Of a DNA stretch of 64,000 nucleotides, positions 25,701-36,805 are shown piece by piece. The position numbers were made by a program, and so were the translations under genes. The notes beneath the pieces were generated by a model, which worked only from the letters and a program-made list of their open reading frames with translations, was not told the DNA's origin and searched no databases. The stretch covers positions 9,984,001-10,048,000 of the forward strand of contig CM052832.1 of assembly GCA_028534125.1 (NCBI GenBank). The letters run 5' to 3'. The first letter of the stretch is position 1. The number at the start of each line of letters is the position of its first letter. The stretch is from Lama glama (lineage: Eukaryota).

Positions 25701-25780
25701 GCCCAGCCCCCACCCGCGTCCCCGGGCTCGGCCCGCCACCTACCTGTCCCGCCCGGCCGCTCCGTGCGGGCTCCGGCCCG

Positions 25781-25798
25781 TCAGCCCGCGCGGGGCAT
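25781..25798 (-). promoter_or_regulatory. Upstream ORF 2 in FOXP4 5'UTR (MPRAG*)
   Basis: ATG CCC CGC GCG GGC TGA on the minus strand. The stop lies 37 nt before the exon-1 donor; weak Kozak context (C at -3). Confidence 0.65.
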
Positions 25799-25923
25799 GG
25801 GGCTCGCTCGGGTCGCCGCCCGGGCCCGCCGCCGCCCGCTGGGGCTGCCCCTCCGCGCCGCCCGGCGCCGCGCAGCTCCCGGGCGTCCTCCCTCCGCGCC
25901 GCGCCGGCCGGCCGCCGCGCGCC

Positions 25924-25941
25924 CTAGCCCCGCCGGGGCAT
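25924..25941 (-). promoter_or_regulatory. Upstream ORF 1 in FOXP4 5'UTR (MPRRG*)
   Basis: ATG CCC CGG CGG GGC TAG on the minus strand within the predicted exon 1; G at -3. Confidence 0.65.
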
Positions 25942-26323
25942 CGCACTTTGGGGGCAGCTCGGCTCGCTCTGGCTGTGCTCCTCCTTCCCGATCCTCCCGC
26001 GACGCTTGTTCACTCGCTCCGGCGCCGGGGCTCCGGGACCCCGGCGTCCCCGCCCCCGGCCCAGCCCTGGTTCCGGCCCGGGCTCCTCCCCGCCGCGCCG
26101 CCGCCGCCTGCGCCGCACCCTCCTCGCGGGCTGGGGGCTCCGTCCCGGCCGCCGGCCGCACTGTCCGATCGGCAGGGGCGGCCGGCTCCGGACTCCGAGG
26201 GGCTGCGACTGAGCCCCGGCAGCGAGTGGCTGCGAGCGGGCGGCGCGCGGGCGGGGCGGGAGGGGGCGGGGGAGGAGGGGAGGAGGGGGAAGGAGGGAGC
26301 GCGCGGAGAGCGAGGGAGGAGGG

Positions 26324-26343
26324 AGCGAGCGAGCGAGCGAGCG
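26324..26343. repeat. (GCGA)n repeat near the FOXP4 TSS
   Basis: GAGCGAGCGAGCGAGCGAGC. Confidence 0.85.
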
Positions 26344-27769
26344 GCGGAGGGAGGGGAGACCAACTTCTAGCGCTACCATAATTCGCCTAAAGCAGGTGCA
26401 GCAAGTTTCACCCTGCGGGCAGCCAGCCTTGGGCGAGAGACCACGTGGACCAAACTTAAGGGGAAGAAAAGTGGGGATCTGGGGAAAAGGCGTAGGGCTG
26501 CGGACCTGTAAGAAGAGGGGAGATGGTGAGAACCCAGGAATTCACCCTGGCCTCGCGAATCCCAAGGCGCGCTTTGCAAACCCTAGTCTTTCTCTTAAGT
26601 CTGGAGGTACAGCCAAACCCTGCTCCCACACGGTTCATTGGTTCCCGGCGGGCTGCGCCTGGCGCGGGGAGTGGCCGAGGGGCCCAGAGTCCAGAGCCCA
26701 GAGCCGGTGCCCTTTCTCGCCTCCCTCCTGTGCCCTGCTGCATGGGGCTGGAGGTAGGCTTTTGAATCGGGGGTTGGGGAGATGGGGAGGCTCCTTCTGG
26801 GCTTTGTGAACGGTCACCCTTGGCGCGCGCCGCCTCCCTCTCCGGAAGGGGAATTTCCCCTAAAGTGCTCTGCGAACCAGTGAAGAAGGGGCCCAAAGCC
26901 GGATCCAAGCGGGTAAAGCGAAGTGCAAAGTAGAGGCAATTATCAAGACAAATTAGATTGTAAACAAAACTCAACGTCTTTTGTCTGAGGGCTAGGGAGC
27001 GTGGGGGGAGGGACCGGAGGGATTGTGGTGGTGGCAGTGGTGTGTATTTGGATTGGGACCGGGAAGTCCGGATGAGGAAAGGCTCCGGATCCAAGTGGGA
27101 GGGCTGTACTGGTAGCAGACGCCCCACACAGAGACCCGTGGAAACCTGAATAAATCTTCCCTCCCTCTTCCACCCCCGCTAAACATCTCTAGTCTGGCTC
27201 TTGGTGTTGCGGTGGGAAGAGGTGAGGGGCACCTCAGGAATTATCAAGGAGTGTCCATGACCAAGGAACGACCCTGCTCTGGGTGAGGGCAGGAAGGCAA
27301 TGGCTCTAGAAGTCTCTCCTGGCCCAAATCACCCGAGGAAGGTGGAGACTGACAGTCGCAGGATGCTCCTGAGGAAGCGTGAGCTGTGGGTGCTTCAGGG
27401 ATCAGAGCTTAGGGTATGCCAGGAATATCTCCTAGGATTTCTTAGAAGAGAAGGCCTTTTCAATGGGATTTGGAAGAAAAGGAGAGGAGGCTGCCTCTTG
27501 GGTTCTCCATCACTTATTCCATCCCTTCTCTCTGGGTGCAAATAGCCAGAAGCAGCTGCAATGTCAGTGCTACCTGTCCAGGTCCAGATCCTGTGTATTT
27601 CCCCTATAGAGGGCAGGTGTGACAGGCATGCTTAGGTTCTGCTGGAGCCTTTCAGTTATCTAGATGTGAAATTGTTGGGTGGAGGACTCTCAGTACCATT
27701 TATGTGGATATCACAATGTTCTTTCCAGTGTAGCAATAGCAGAAGCAATAAGAATAAAATAACCACAGT

Positions 27770-27920
27770 GCTGCCACAGGCCAGGCATAGGACTTATTTC
27801 ATCTTCACCACAACCCTATGAGGTAGATAGTACAGTTTCCTCCTCCACTTTACGGAGGAGGAAACTGAGGCACAGAAAAGTTAAGTTACCTGCCCGGGCT
27901 TACATGGCTGGTAAATATGA
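27770..27920. mobile_element. MIR SINE
   Basis: ATCTTCACCACAACCCTATGAGGTAGAT...CCACTTTACGGAGGAGGAAACTGAGGCACAGAAAAGTTAAGTTACCTGCCC. Confidence 0.85.
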
Positions 27921-29499
27921 GGGAGGCTCTAACCAGAGCCACTTCAGTCAGGACAGGGCAGAAATTCATGGAGGCCTTTAAAGCAGCACTGCCTGCTTAT
28001 GAGTTACCTGAGGAGTACAGTTTGGGAGAGAGGAAGCCTTTGGTGGTGTGATCCCATTTCTCTTCTATGAAGAGTCAGCTCTGATGGGAGTCAGAGTGTG
28101 TGGTCAGGCCTAGAGCTGGCAGGTCCTTGTATGTAAGCCCACTGGGCCGTGCCCATGACCCTCGGCCACCTTCTCATCCTTCCTGCAGAGGCTTCGAGGC
28201 GGGGGTGGGCACTAGGGACTTTCAATACAAAAGAAGGGGTGAGGTGACCTCCAATGGGCATCTCAGCTCTTTTCTGGCTGGCTCTCATGCCCCATGCCTC
28301 TGTCCCCTCACCTTCCTGCAGCAGCCCTCCAGCCCTCACATGTGGGCTCACTGGCCCAAAGGGATTTTCCTGGGAAATGCTTTGGCTTTCATTTCAGTTC
28401 ACCCTCATCTCCAAGCCAGTTTAGTTCCCAGCACCTTGTGAGTCCATCAGGAGGCCCACAGGGGCAAAAGAGCCTGTCTGGCCCTCACCTTGAGGGCATT
28501 TTAATGAGGAAATAAGGCCTCATCAAAGAAAGGTACAGAACACACACCCCGAAATCAGAGCAGCCAGTCCAAAGCCCTTCCTCCTGCTGCAAGAACTTCA
28601 GGAGAAGGTTTAAAAGAGTAGCCCTTGGCTCCTGAGCCAGAGTGATGGGGAACAGGCAGGAGGGTCCTCTTTCTGTCCTTGTTCCTTCAAAGGGTCCAGG
28701 GCCAGAGGCTGTGGTGTGGCAAGAACCAGGGCCCATGGCCTGGCGCTACTTGGGAGGCTGTGGTTAAGAGCACAGGGGCTGGAGTGAGGCAGCCTAGAGT
28801 AGAACTTCTGTGTCTGTCACTTACCAGCTGTGTGGTCCAGGCAAGTTACAGGATGGGGCTTCAGTTTCCCCATCCATGTCACTGGGAGAATACCTCCTAG
28901 CAGGGTTGGGAGGGTAGTATGGAAAAGCCAGGGCAAAGCATCTAGCTCCATGACCTGTTCATCAAGTACTTTCCATAAACACTAATTTTCCATTTCGTGA
29001 GCCCCAGTTTCCTTACCTAAAAATGAGAATACTGACCCGACAAAACAGCAAATCATACATAGAATGGCAATTGATGCTTATTAAGGGCCTGCTGTGTGCC
29101 AGGCACTTGATTCACATGCTGCATCACCCCTGGTGTAGTGGCTTTTCTCATTTTTCAGTGAGGCAGTGAAGCTCAGAGAGGTCAGGCAATTTGCCCCAGG
29201 TCACACAGCTAGGAGATGGTGCAGCAGGGACTTAGCCCCAGGTCCTTCTTGCTCTGAAGAGATGCTCTTTCCCAGGGTCAGCTGCCTCTTCCTGTGGTGG
29301 GGATGAAGTGGACTAGTGGGCAAGCTTGTTCTTAGTACCAGGCCTAGCGCTTGAGGTGGGGTGGGGTTGTGTCCAGAAACACTGGTTCCCTTATTCCCAC
29401 GGTCCCAACACATCTAGACCCAGATATTTATGTTTCCATTCATCTGCTTGAATCTTACTTCTTTTACCCACTCAAAACCATTTTCTTTTAAGTTATTAA

Positions 29500-30010
29500 A
29501 GAACAAAACTTTACCAGCATGATGTAGCGGTTCAACGCCTAAGTATATAGAAATGCAGCCATATATGTGTTCAGCAAAAGGCATATGCCAGAATGGTCCT
29601 AGCAGCACCATTCACAGTAACTGTCAACAGTGGAATAGCTGAATGAATCATGATATTCTCATACATGGGTTAGTACCTGGTAATGCGAATGGACAAGCTA
29701 TTGCCACACACAACAACAGGAAGAAGTCTCACAAACAGAACGTTGGGCATAAAAAGCCAGTCACAAGAGACAAATTTCATGTATCTGAAATTAAAAAATC
29801 AGTCAAACTATTTGAGGTATTAGAACTCAGGAGAATGGCTACTCTAGACTGGGTATTGACTAGGAAGAGGCACGAGGGAGTTCGTGGGGGACTGGAAATG
29901 TTCTGTTTTTTGAATTTGGGATTTGGTTCCATGGGTGTGCTCACTTTGTGAAAACTAAGCTGGTGTACACTTAATGATTTGTGCATCTTTCTTTGTGTTT
30001 AAAAAAATAA
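29500..30010 (+). mobile_element. Ancient LINE-1 3' end (L1MC/L1ME-like)
   Basis: Motifs GCAGCACCATTCACAGTA, AAAAAGCCAGTCACAA, GGAAATGTTCTGT...ATGGGTGTGCTCACTTTGTGAAAA, ending in an A-rich tract. Confidence 0.75.
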
Positions 30011-32552
30011 CAACCCCAAACCCCTGTAAATTGTTGCTGATATAGTGGAGGTCCTCCCACATCCCTCCCTCCCTTTCACCATCCTTCCCTTGCCGGAGGT
30101 AGCCAGTTTCCAGAAGCTGGGAGGTAGCCTTCCCAAGTAACTTTTATGTTTCTTTTAATCATTTAGTGTGGTTGGGTGTCTTAAAATTTTAAATAAAAAG
30201 TATCTTCATGCTCCTTGCTTTTACTATTTGTTGGTGGTTATTTACTAAATTTCATGTTGCCAAGATTAGTTCAGGTTTGCTATGTGCATCTCTAGGTCAT
30301 TAATTGAAAAGACTGCTGGAGAGTGATCCACCACATCAGTGTGCCCCTGTTTCTTTACCCAGCCTCCCAATGATAGACAGTTGGGATGCTTCCGACGTTT
30401 GGCTCTTGTGGTCACACTGCAGTGGGCTTCCATCTGAGCAGCGTCCTCCCCACCCCCAGGGCCTTCTTCTTGTCTCTCCTTTTTTGCCTCCTGCTTAGTC
30501 AAGTTGACCCCCTTTCCTGCTGTTCCTCTACTCTGGAATCTTCTCTCCTCCCCATCTCCCAGCTGTTCCTCCCCACCCTGCTTCCCAATCTTTCTAACTC
30601 TGAAAGATCCAGGATCTGTGCTGGTTGGAGGCGGGGGAGGGGTGGAAGCGGGTAGCCTTTTCCCTTGCCACAAAGGCCCCTGTTCCCCAAGATAAATGAC
30701 GATTTAAACAAAGAAATATTTCATTAAGGGTTGATATCTTAATGAACTGTGCCAGGAACCTTCAAGGCACTCTCCAGACTCTCCCCTTTTTAAGGGGGGG
30801 GCTCCTACCCTTGGTAGGGGAGGCTTATCAGTTTACCATATTGCCCTGAGTAGAGGACCATGCAATGTGGGGAGCTGTCCTAGAGGGCTGTGGAGCAGGG
30901 GAGGGCACCCAGGCCTGGGGTGGGGCCAGATTGCCCCTCTTTGTGCCAGGCTGCCAGGTAATGGGTGCTCAGAGATGTTTACAGTTCTCCCTGCTGTCAC
31001 TTTTGGGACTCAGAGACTCAGGCCTTGTCCACGGGGTGATGGGCACTGGACTCTGCACTGATTGGTGGAAAATCATTCATTAAAGATCAGGAAATGAACA
31101 ATAACCCTACAAGCAGTGGACAATTTTACATCAATTAGAACACAGCATCTTTGGGCGAAATGAGACCCCTTCTGTAAAGGGATTTCAGATGCTTGGATTC
31201 TGTCATTTTCTAGCCTGAAATCCTAAAGCACGAGGGCTAAATCTCAGTTTCTTCAACTGTAGAAGAGGGAGAAAGACAAGGGTCTGACAGAGACGTGGTG
31301 AGTGAGTATAACTCATGTAGGATTCTCAGCTTAGGCATCTGAGAGATTGGAGCCACCATCATGATTTCTTGATTACCCCAGCGCCCTTCCTGTTGTGGGC
31401 TAACTTCTATTTCGTAAGCATCAAGTAACTTTAAACATATTGTATTGTTTGTTAACTGTTTAACCATTTATGCCTCATCTCTCTAACTAGATAATAAACT
31501 AAGGTCAGGGGCTATGATTTTAGTCATTTGGGGATTTCCTCTTGCACCCGGCACAGTGCGTTTTGCATAGTTGATGGACAATAAATACATGTTGATTTGA
31601 TTTGATTATGATTTGATACTTAGTTATAAAAAAAAAAAAAAAGCCTGACACCTCAGGGCAAGCGGGGGAACTTGTAGAACCTACTCAGTAACTGTGTCTT
31701 CAGTGACCTGAGAGAAGGTGTTGGGGGTCAGGGTGGCGACTTGGATAGAAAAGGGGACAAGGGAGCACTCTCACTCCCTTGGGCCATCCCCTCCTCCCAG
31801 AGGTCTGTGTTCTCATCACTCCTCCCTGTGCCCTTTCATGCTTGCCCACTGCTGCTGCCTTTAGAGCTCTGTGATCAGCGAGGGAAGCATTCCTTCCCCA
31901 TGGAAACTGGAAGGCCTGGGATTTGGGGTCTCAGTCACAGCCACTGGAGGGTGAGGTGGGATGTGAAGGAGGAAAGCCAAAGGTGGCCTCACACTGGAAA
32001 TAGCTACCACCTCTTGAGCATCTACTGTATACCAGGCACTTTTCATATGTAGCTCTGACCCCCACGGTAGCCCTAATGTTTGATAATTTAATTTACTTTT
32101 GAAGAGAAGGCAGTGCCCTCAGATGGCAGACCCAATAGCTGTAGGGTGGATCTAAGGGGAGAGGAGAAGAGAGATTATGCATGGTGTCTGTCGGGCCCAT
32201 GGAGTGGGGATCACACACTCTCCTGGGCTTTTTCACACCAGTCTCAGTCACATTCCAAGTCTGGCCTGGACTCCGGGGCCCACTTCCTTCCCAGTTCCTC
32301 TGCACCCCATCTTCTTTCTAGCTTTCTCTCTTCCAGCTGCATCTGCTCTTGACCCCTGACTCTCTAGCCTCCAACACTTCTCTTGTGGCTGTTGGGCAGT
32401 AGGAAGTCCCCGGAGCCAGGCATCTGAAGGCTGGAATGAGACTAGACCTTGATTAGAGAAGAATCAACTATGCACCAGTCACTGTGTTAATAAGCACTCT
32501 TCACATGTGACTTCATTTCACTTCCCACCAGCCCTCTGAGATGATGTACTAG

Positions 32553-32972
32553 ATGCTGTCGGTGTCCTGTGTGTATGCCCTCACCCTGACCACTTCTTAC
32601 ACCCCTAAGGCTTCCAATCATCTACCTATCTTTACCTGAGGGTTCCCTCTGGGCATTGGACCCTGCTTTGCCACTCTGTAGGAGGCCAGAGCACCATCCA
32701 GGAGAGCCCTTCACTCATGATGGATGGGAATTGGTGTATAAATATCCCCACTCCCTCACCCCTCTGATGGGATAGCTGAAATGTGTGTTTTATGTGTTCT
32801 TCCAGGGTTTTCCCAGCAGGACTGGGCCCATCTAAGCATCTGGCTTGATAACTCAATTTATTACCTTCCTACTTTTCCTTATCTTACTCTCCTACTTCTC
32901 TACCTCCTAAATCAATCATGTGTACTGGAATAGATGTCTCAGCGCCTGCTTCTGGGGAAACCCAGCCTAAGT
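32553..32972. mobile_element. ERVL solo LTR (LTR16-like)
   Basis: GATGGGAATTGGTGTATAAATATCCCCA core and a terminal TGTCTCAGCGCCTGCTTCTGGGGAAACCCAGCCTAAG. Confidence 0.7.
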
Positions 32973-33779
32973 CAGGTGGGAACTGTTCTTATCCTTATTT
33001 TACAGATGACAAGACCAAAGCTCCAAAAGGTTGAAACTCACACACAATTCCACAATTATGTAAGCACAGTGCCTGTATTCACACCCTGGCTTGTAACACA
33101 CCAGGATGTCCAATTCATCACTCTGCTGTATGGCTTTTTGAGGGCCCTTCCCCCTACCCCCAAAGTCTGGTTCAAGGCCATTCCCCTTGGCTTCCTGCCT
33201 GGAGAGGTAAGAGATGAGGAGCAGTGTGGGTTGGACATATGCTGACTGGAAGCAGGGAGTGTTTCCAGGTCACTCAGCCCTCCCTGCCTCCCTGTGGGTC
33301 CCTGGCCAGTCATCAGACCCAGTTCCTGGATCACAGACAGAAAGAGAAGCGATGAACACCTACAGGGCTAGACATAGGATGAATGGAAAAAAGTGAAAGT
33401 TACTTGGAATACTGGAAAAGGAGAGGACAGAGCCAGGAGTACAAGGAGAGGGTGGACTCAGGGCTGAGGAATCTTTCCAAGCCTTTGCATTCTACGAGCC
33501 TGTGACCAGATTTCCCTGCATGCAGCCATCCCTAGAAAAGAGGAGGAGGTGGGTGAGAGCTGGGAAAGGATTTCTTGATAGTTTGCTCAGCCTCAGACTC
33601 TGGAAAGTCCCTTGCTGGGAACCTCAGGCCCAGGGGAGAGATTGGCCTGCATCTTCTGTGAGTGTGGAGGTGGGCATTGCCCCCGGCAGGGGAGGGCAGG
33701 GATGAACCCCAAAGACAAAAGTTACTTGGAGAGAACATCTTACAATTTACTACTTGCTTGGTTTTCACAATACCTTTTT

Positions 33780-34150
33780 CTTCACTGAGGTTCTGTGAGA
33801 AGCAAACTCTGACACAAGGATTAGGGGAGTGGGAAAGTGGAGGTGGGGGCAGGAGGCCAACACAGGGAATGTTATCATGCACTGAGAGCAAGGGGTGCCC
33901 CCCAAAGATGTATGAGACATGCCTCAAGTTGTCCATACGATGGGGCAAGGAAGCTGGGGTATTTATCCACCAATTCCCTTTTCGCCATTGGTGGAGGGCT
34001 GCTTCCAGGCACGTGAACTCTCCAGCACTTCCGGCTTGCCCTGAGCCAGAGCCAAGGGTGTTTCCATGGCCAGAAAAAACCCTCAGGCAAAGAGCAGGTG
34101 TTGGCAGTAAGCAGCCTTCTCCGTTTGGAGGTAAGTGCTGAGATACATGG
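33780..34150. mobile_element. ERVL solo LTR (LTR16-like), opposite orientation to the 32.6 kb copy
   Basis: GTTCTGTGAGAAGCAAACTCTGACACAAGGATT...GGAAGCTGGGGTATTTATCCACCAATTCC. Confidence 0.65.
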
Positions 34151-34229
34151 GCAGAATGCCAACGCCTGCCACACTCTGCCCTCTTGTTCTCCTCCTTGAC
34201 TACTTCCCATGTGCTTTTGCAGATTTCTG

Positions 34230-35075
34230 TCATCTCCCGCTGTCCCCTGTTAAATGCTTGGTGTTCTCGAGGCTTCAGCCTTGAGCCTCCTTGTCTTTTC
34301 TCAAGCTACATGTCCTCTTGAACAATCCCATATACCCTCAAGGGTTGCATAAATCTGTGGGTTGGTGACTTCAAGCACTGTCACTATTTTGGACCCACTC
34401 CCATGTTTGTTGGGATGGAGACCCAACATGTCCCAGACCCAAATTATCATCTGTATCCAAAGACATGCTCCACCAATGCGTTTTCTCCCCAGTGGTGGGA
34501 TTACAGTCCACCTAGTCACTCTAGAAACTAGGAATCACCCCTTGATTCTCCCTATCCCTTCTTTTTCACATATAATCGGTCACCAAGTCCTGTGGATGCG
34601 GCTTCCAAAATATTTCTCAGGATCATTCCCTCCTCTCCATCCCCACTCCTACTGCCATTGCCTGGACCCTCATCATGTTCTACCTGGGGTATTCCAGCAG
34701 CCTCTGAGCTGACTCCCACTTCCAACCTGATCCTCTCCCTGTACCTCCAGCTGGTCCATCCTCCAAAGTGGTCAGAGTTCAATCAAAAGTGTCAATGTGA
34801 ACTTGTCATGCCTTGTTCAAGACCCATTACCACAGGGTATTTTAAGCATCTTGATCTGGTGCACAAGGTATCCTTTCTTGAATCTTTGATTTCATCCCTG
34901 GCCACTTCCAGCTCAGCCACTTGGGTCTTGTGTCATGTGCTGTGCTGTTTCCTCTCATGATGTGCCCTCTGCTTGGAATACTTTTTCTACCAGTTGCTTT
35001 CGCTGATGACTCTAAGACCCAACTTACCTGATACCTCCTCTCAGAAGTTTTCCTTGAATGCCCCTAGCTGGATTA
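34230..35075 (+). mobile_element. LINE-2 fragment
   Basis: Pyrimidine-rich degenerate L2 body (CACCAAGTCCTGTGGAT..GCTTCCAAAATATTTCTC...CCTCTGCTTGGAATACTTTT...CCTCCTCTCAGAAGTTTTCCTTGA). Confidence 0.65.
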
Positions 35076-35509
35076 GACACTCTTCTTTCGGTGCAAGCAT
35101 CAGAAAACTCATTGCAGATGGGCTTAAATAACAATAGGAATTGATTGACTTGCGTAAGTGATACAGCAAGAGGTAGGACTTGCTGCAGGTGATGTGTGAT
35201 CCAAGGTCTAAAAAAAAATGATGCCATTGGGTTCTCTGCATTGGTAACTCTGCCTTTCCCTTGCAGGGGGCAGGTGGGTGCAGGGGCCTTCATTCTCTGA
35301 GTCCATGGAGGGAGCCCCATGGCTTCATATTCATATCCTGCCCAGATCAGTCCAATGAATTGTCCAGGCAAATGTTGGCTTGTGGGACCTGTCTAAGGAT
35401 TTACTTGCTCCTCTCCAAACCAGTCAAAAGTCCAGGGGCTTAGAGGGCTCTGCTTCAGCAGTTGGTGAACTATGGCCAACGTGTGTCTGTAATGGCAGAG
35501 TTCAGGAGG

Positions 35510-35720
35510 GGAGGCAGAGACCAGCAAACTTTTTCTGGAAAGGGACAGACAGTAAATATTTTAGGCTTTGTGGGCTGAGGCAAAATCAAGGATATTATGT
35601 AGCAAACTGTATAATAAGAAAAAATTAATTTCCACAAAATTTTTATTGATGGAATTACAATAATAATTGAGTACAATTTTTTTTTAAATAAAAGTTCTGC
35701 TAATGAGAAGAATGGGTTTT
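35510..35720. mobile_element. MER58-like hAT-Charlie DNA transposon
   Basis: CAGCAAACTTTTTCTGGAAAGGGACAGACAGTAAATATTTTAGGCTTTGTGGGC matches the MER58 terminus as I recall it. Confidence 0.8.
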
Positions 35721-36186
35721 TGGTTTAGCTAGAGAGAAATCAGGCTTCAGACAACAATGCCCAGGACACAGACGAGTCTGCCCCTCACCTTACTGCCTCC
35801 AGCCTTCAGGCCTGGTCTCATCTCTGTTCCTCATGAGCAGATTGGGTCCTGAAGTCTAGGGTGAGGTTTAAACCTTGATTTCAGGATGACCCCTGGGTGG
35901 GAGCAGGCTGTGGGCAACCCTTTGCAAAAGCATCTCAGCTCTTCTCCAGAGCTGACCTGGCCTCAGGCAGGGCTGCTCAAAGTCCAGAGAGGGTCTGGGG
36001 GTGTGCAGAGGCAGCGGGAAGTGAGGCTGGTTGCTGGAGACCTTTCCAGGCTGATGATATATAGATACAAAGTGGGTGTGTGCCAGTACAGACAAACACC
36101 CACACGCTCACACACTCCCTGGACTCATGCACAGATTTACACACTCCCATAGACAGATGGTCACACCCACACCCATCTTCACTGCT

Positions 36187-36300
36187 GGGGGGGAGGATAA
36201 CAGCTCAGTGGTAGAGCACATGCTTTGCATGCACGAGGTCCTATTTCAATCCCAGTACCTCCATTAAAAGCAAACAAACAAAAAACAAAAAAAGAAAACA
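36187..36300 (+). mobile_element. tRNA-derived SINE, Vic-1-like (camelid)
   Basis: GGGGAGGATAACAGCTCAGTGGTAGAGCACATGCTTTGCATGCACGAGGTCC... with an A-box, a degenerate B-box and an A-rich tail. Flanked by an imperfect target-site duplication ATCTTCACT(G/A)C at 36175 and 36301. Confidence 0.85.
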
Positions 36301-36397
36301 ATCTTCACTACCAGGATGTCACACGCACACACACACACTCTTATGGTTTTCCATGCTTATTTACCTACTCCCAAGCTCACACATGTTCACACACACC

Positions 36398-36805
36398 AGT
36401 ATTAGCTTCCTAGAGCTGCTGTAACAAAGTACCACACCCCGGATGGCTAAAAACAAAAGAACTTGAGTTCTGTCTCACAGTTTTGGAGGCTAGAAGTCCA
36501 AAACCAAGGTTCAACCTGAGAACCTTCTTGTAAGGGGGGACCCTTCCTTGCTTCTTGCTAACTTCTGACAGCCCCGGCTGTTCCTTGGCTTGTAGGTGTA
36601 TCACACCAATCTCTGCCTCCATCTTCATGTGGACAGGTGTCTCTGTGTCTCTCTGGTGTCTTCACACTGACATCTTTTTATTGTGTTAGGGGCCACCCTA
36701 CTCCAGGATGACCTCATCTGAACTGATTACATCTGCAACGACCCTATTTCCAAGTAAGATCCAGTCCCGAGGTGCTGGGGGTGAGGACACCATTCAACCC
36801 ATAAA
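36398..36805. mobile_element. MaLR solo LTR (MLT1B/C-like)
   Basis: GTATTAGCTTCCTAGAGCTGCTGTAACAAAGTACCAC...TCTCACAGTTTTGGAGGCTAGAAGTCCAA...ATCTCTGCCTCCATCTTCA...GATGACCTCATCT...ACCCTATTTCCAA...ATTCAACCCATAA. Confidence 0.88.

Larger units (their letters stand above)
25744..26365 (-). other. FOXP4: FOXP4 non-coding exon 1 (5'UTR); the TSS is approximate
   Basis: Lies in the core of the CpG island and ends at a consensus donor CAG|GTAGGT (GT = 25743-25742), ~17 kb upstream of the first coding exon. The 5' end is inferred from the end of the GC/pyrimidine-rich stretch, not observed. Confidence 0.75.
24550..27150. promoter_or_regulatory. CpG-island promoter of FOXP4 (TATA-less, probably bidirectional)
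   Basis: Very high GC and CpG density, peaking at 25150-26450. Contains GC boxes (GGGGCGGG at ~25304, 25362, 26253), an NF-kB-like GGGGAATTTCCCC at 26848-26860 and a forkhead GTAAACA at 26960-26966. Confidence 0.9.

Noticed and set aside
25116..26381. Long Pro/Arg/Gly/Ala-rich ORFs (207, 267, 233 aa and others) in the promoter
   Set aside because: Expected from stop-codon depletion in a CpG island; several frames on both strands are open and no domain is recognisable.
33532..34233. 233-aa and 159-aa ORFs
   Set aside because: They overlap an LTR16-like relic, have non-ATG starts and show no gag/pol/env motifs.
36187..36265. Possible tRNA gene (also at 41.97-42.03 kb and 43.49-43.55 kb)
   Set aside because: These have A-rich tails, TSDs and no intact acceptor stem; they are tRNA-derived SINE heads.
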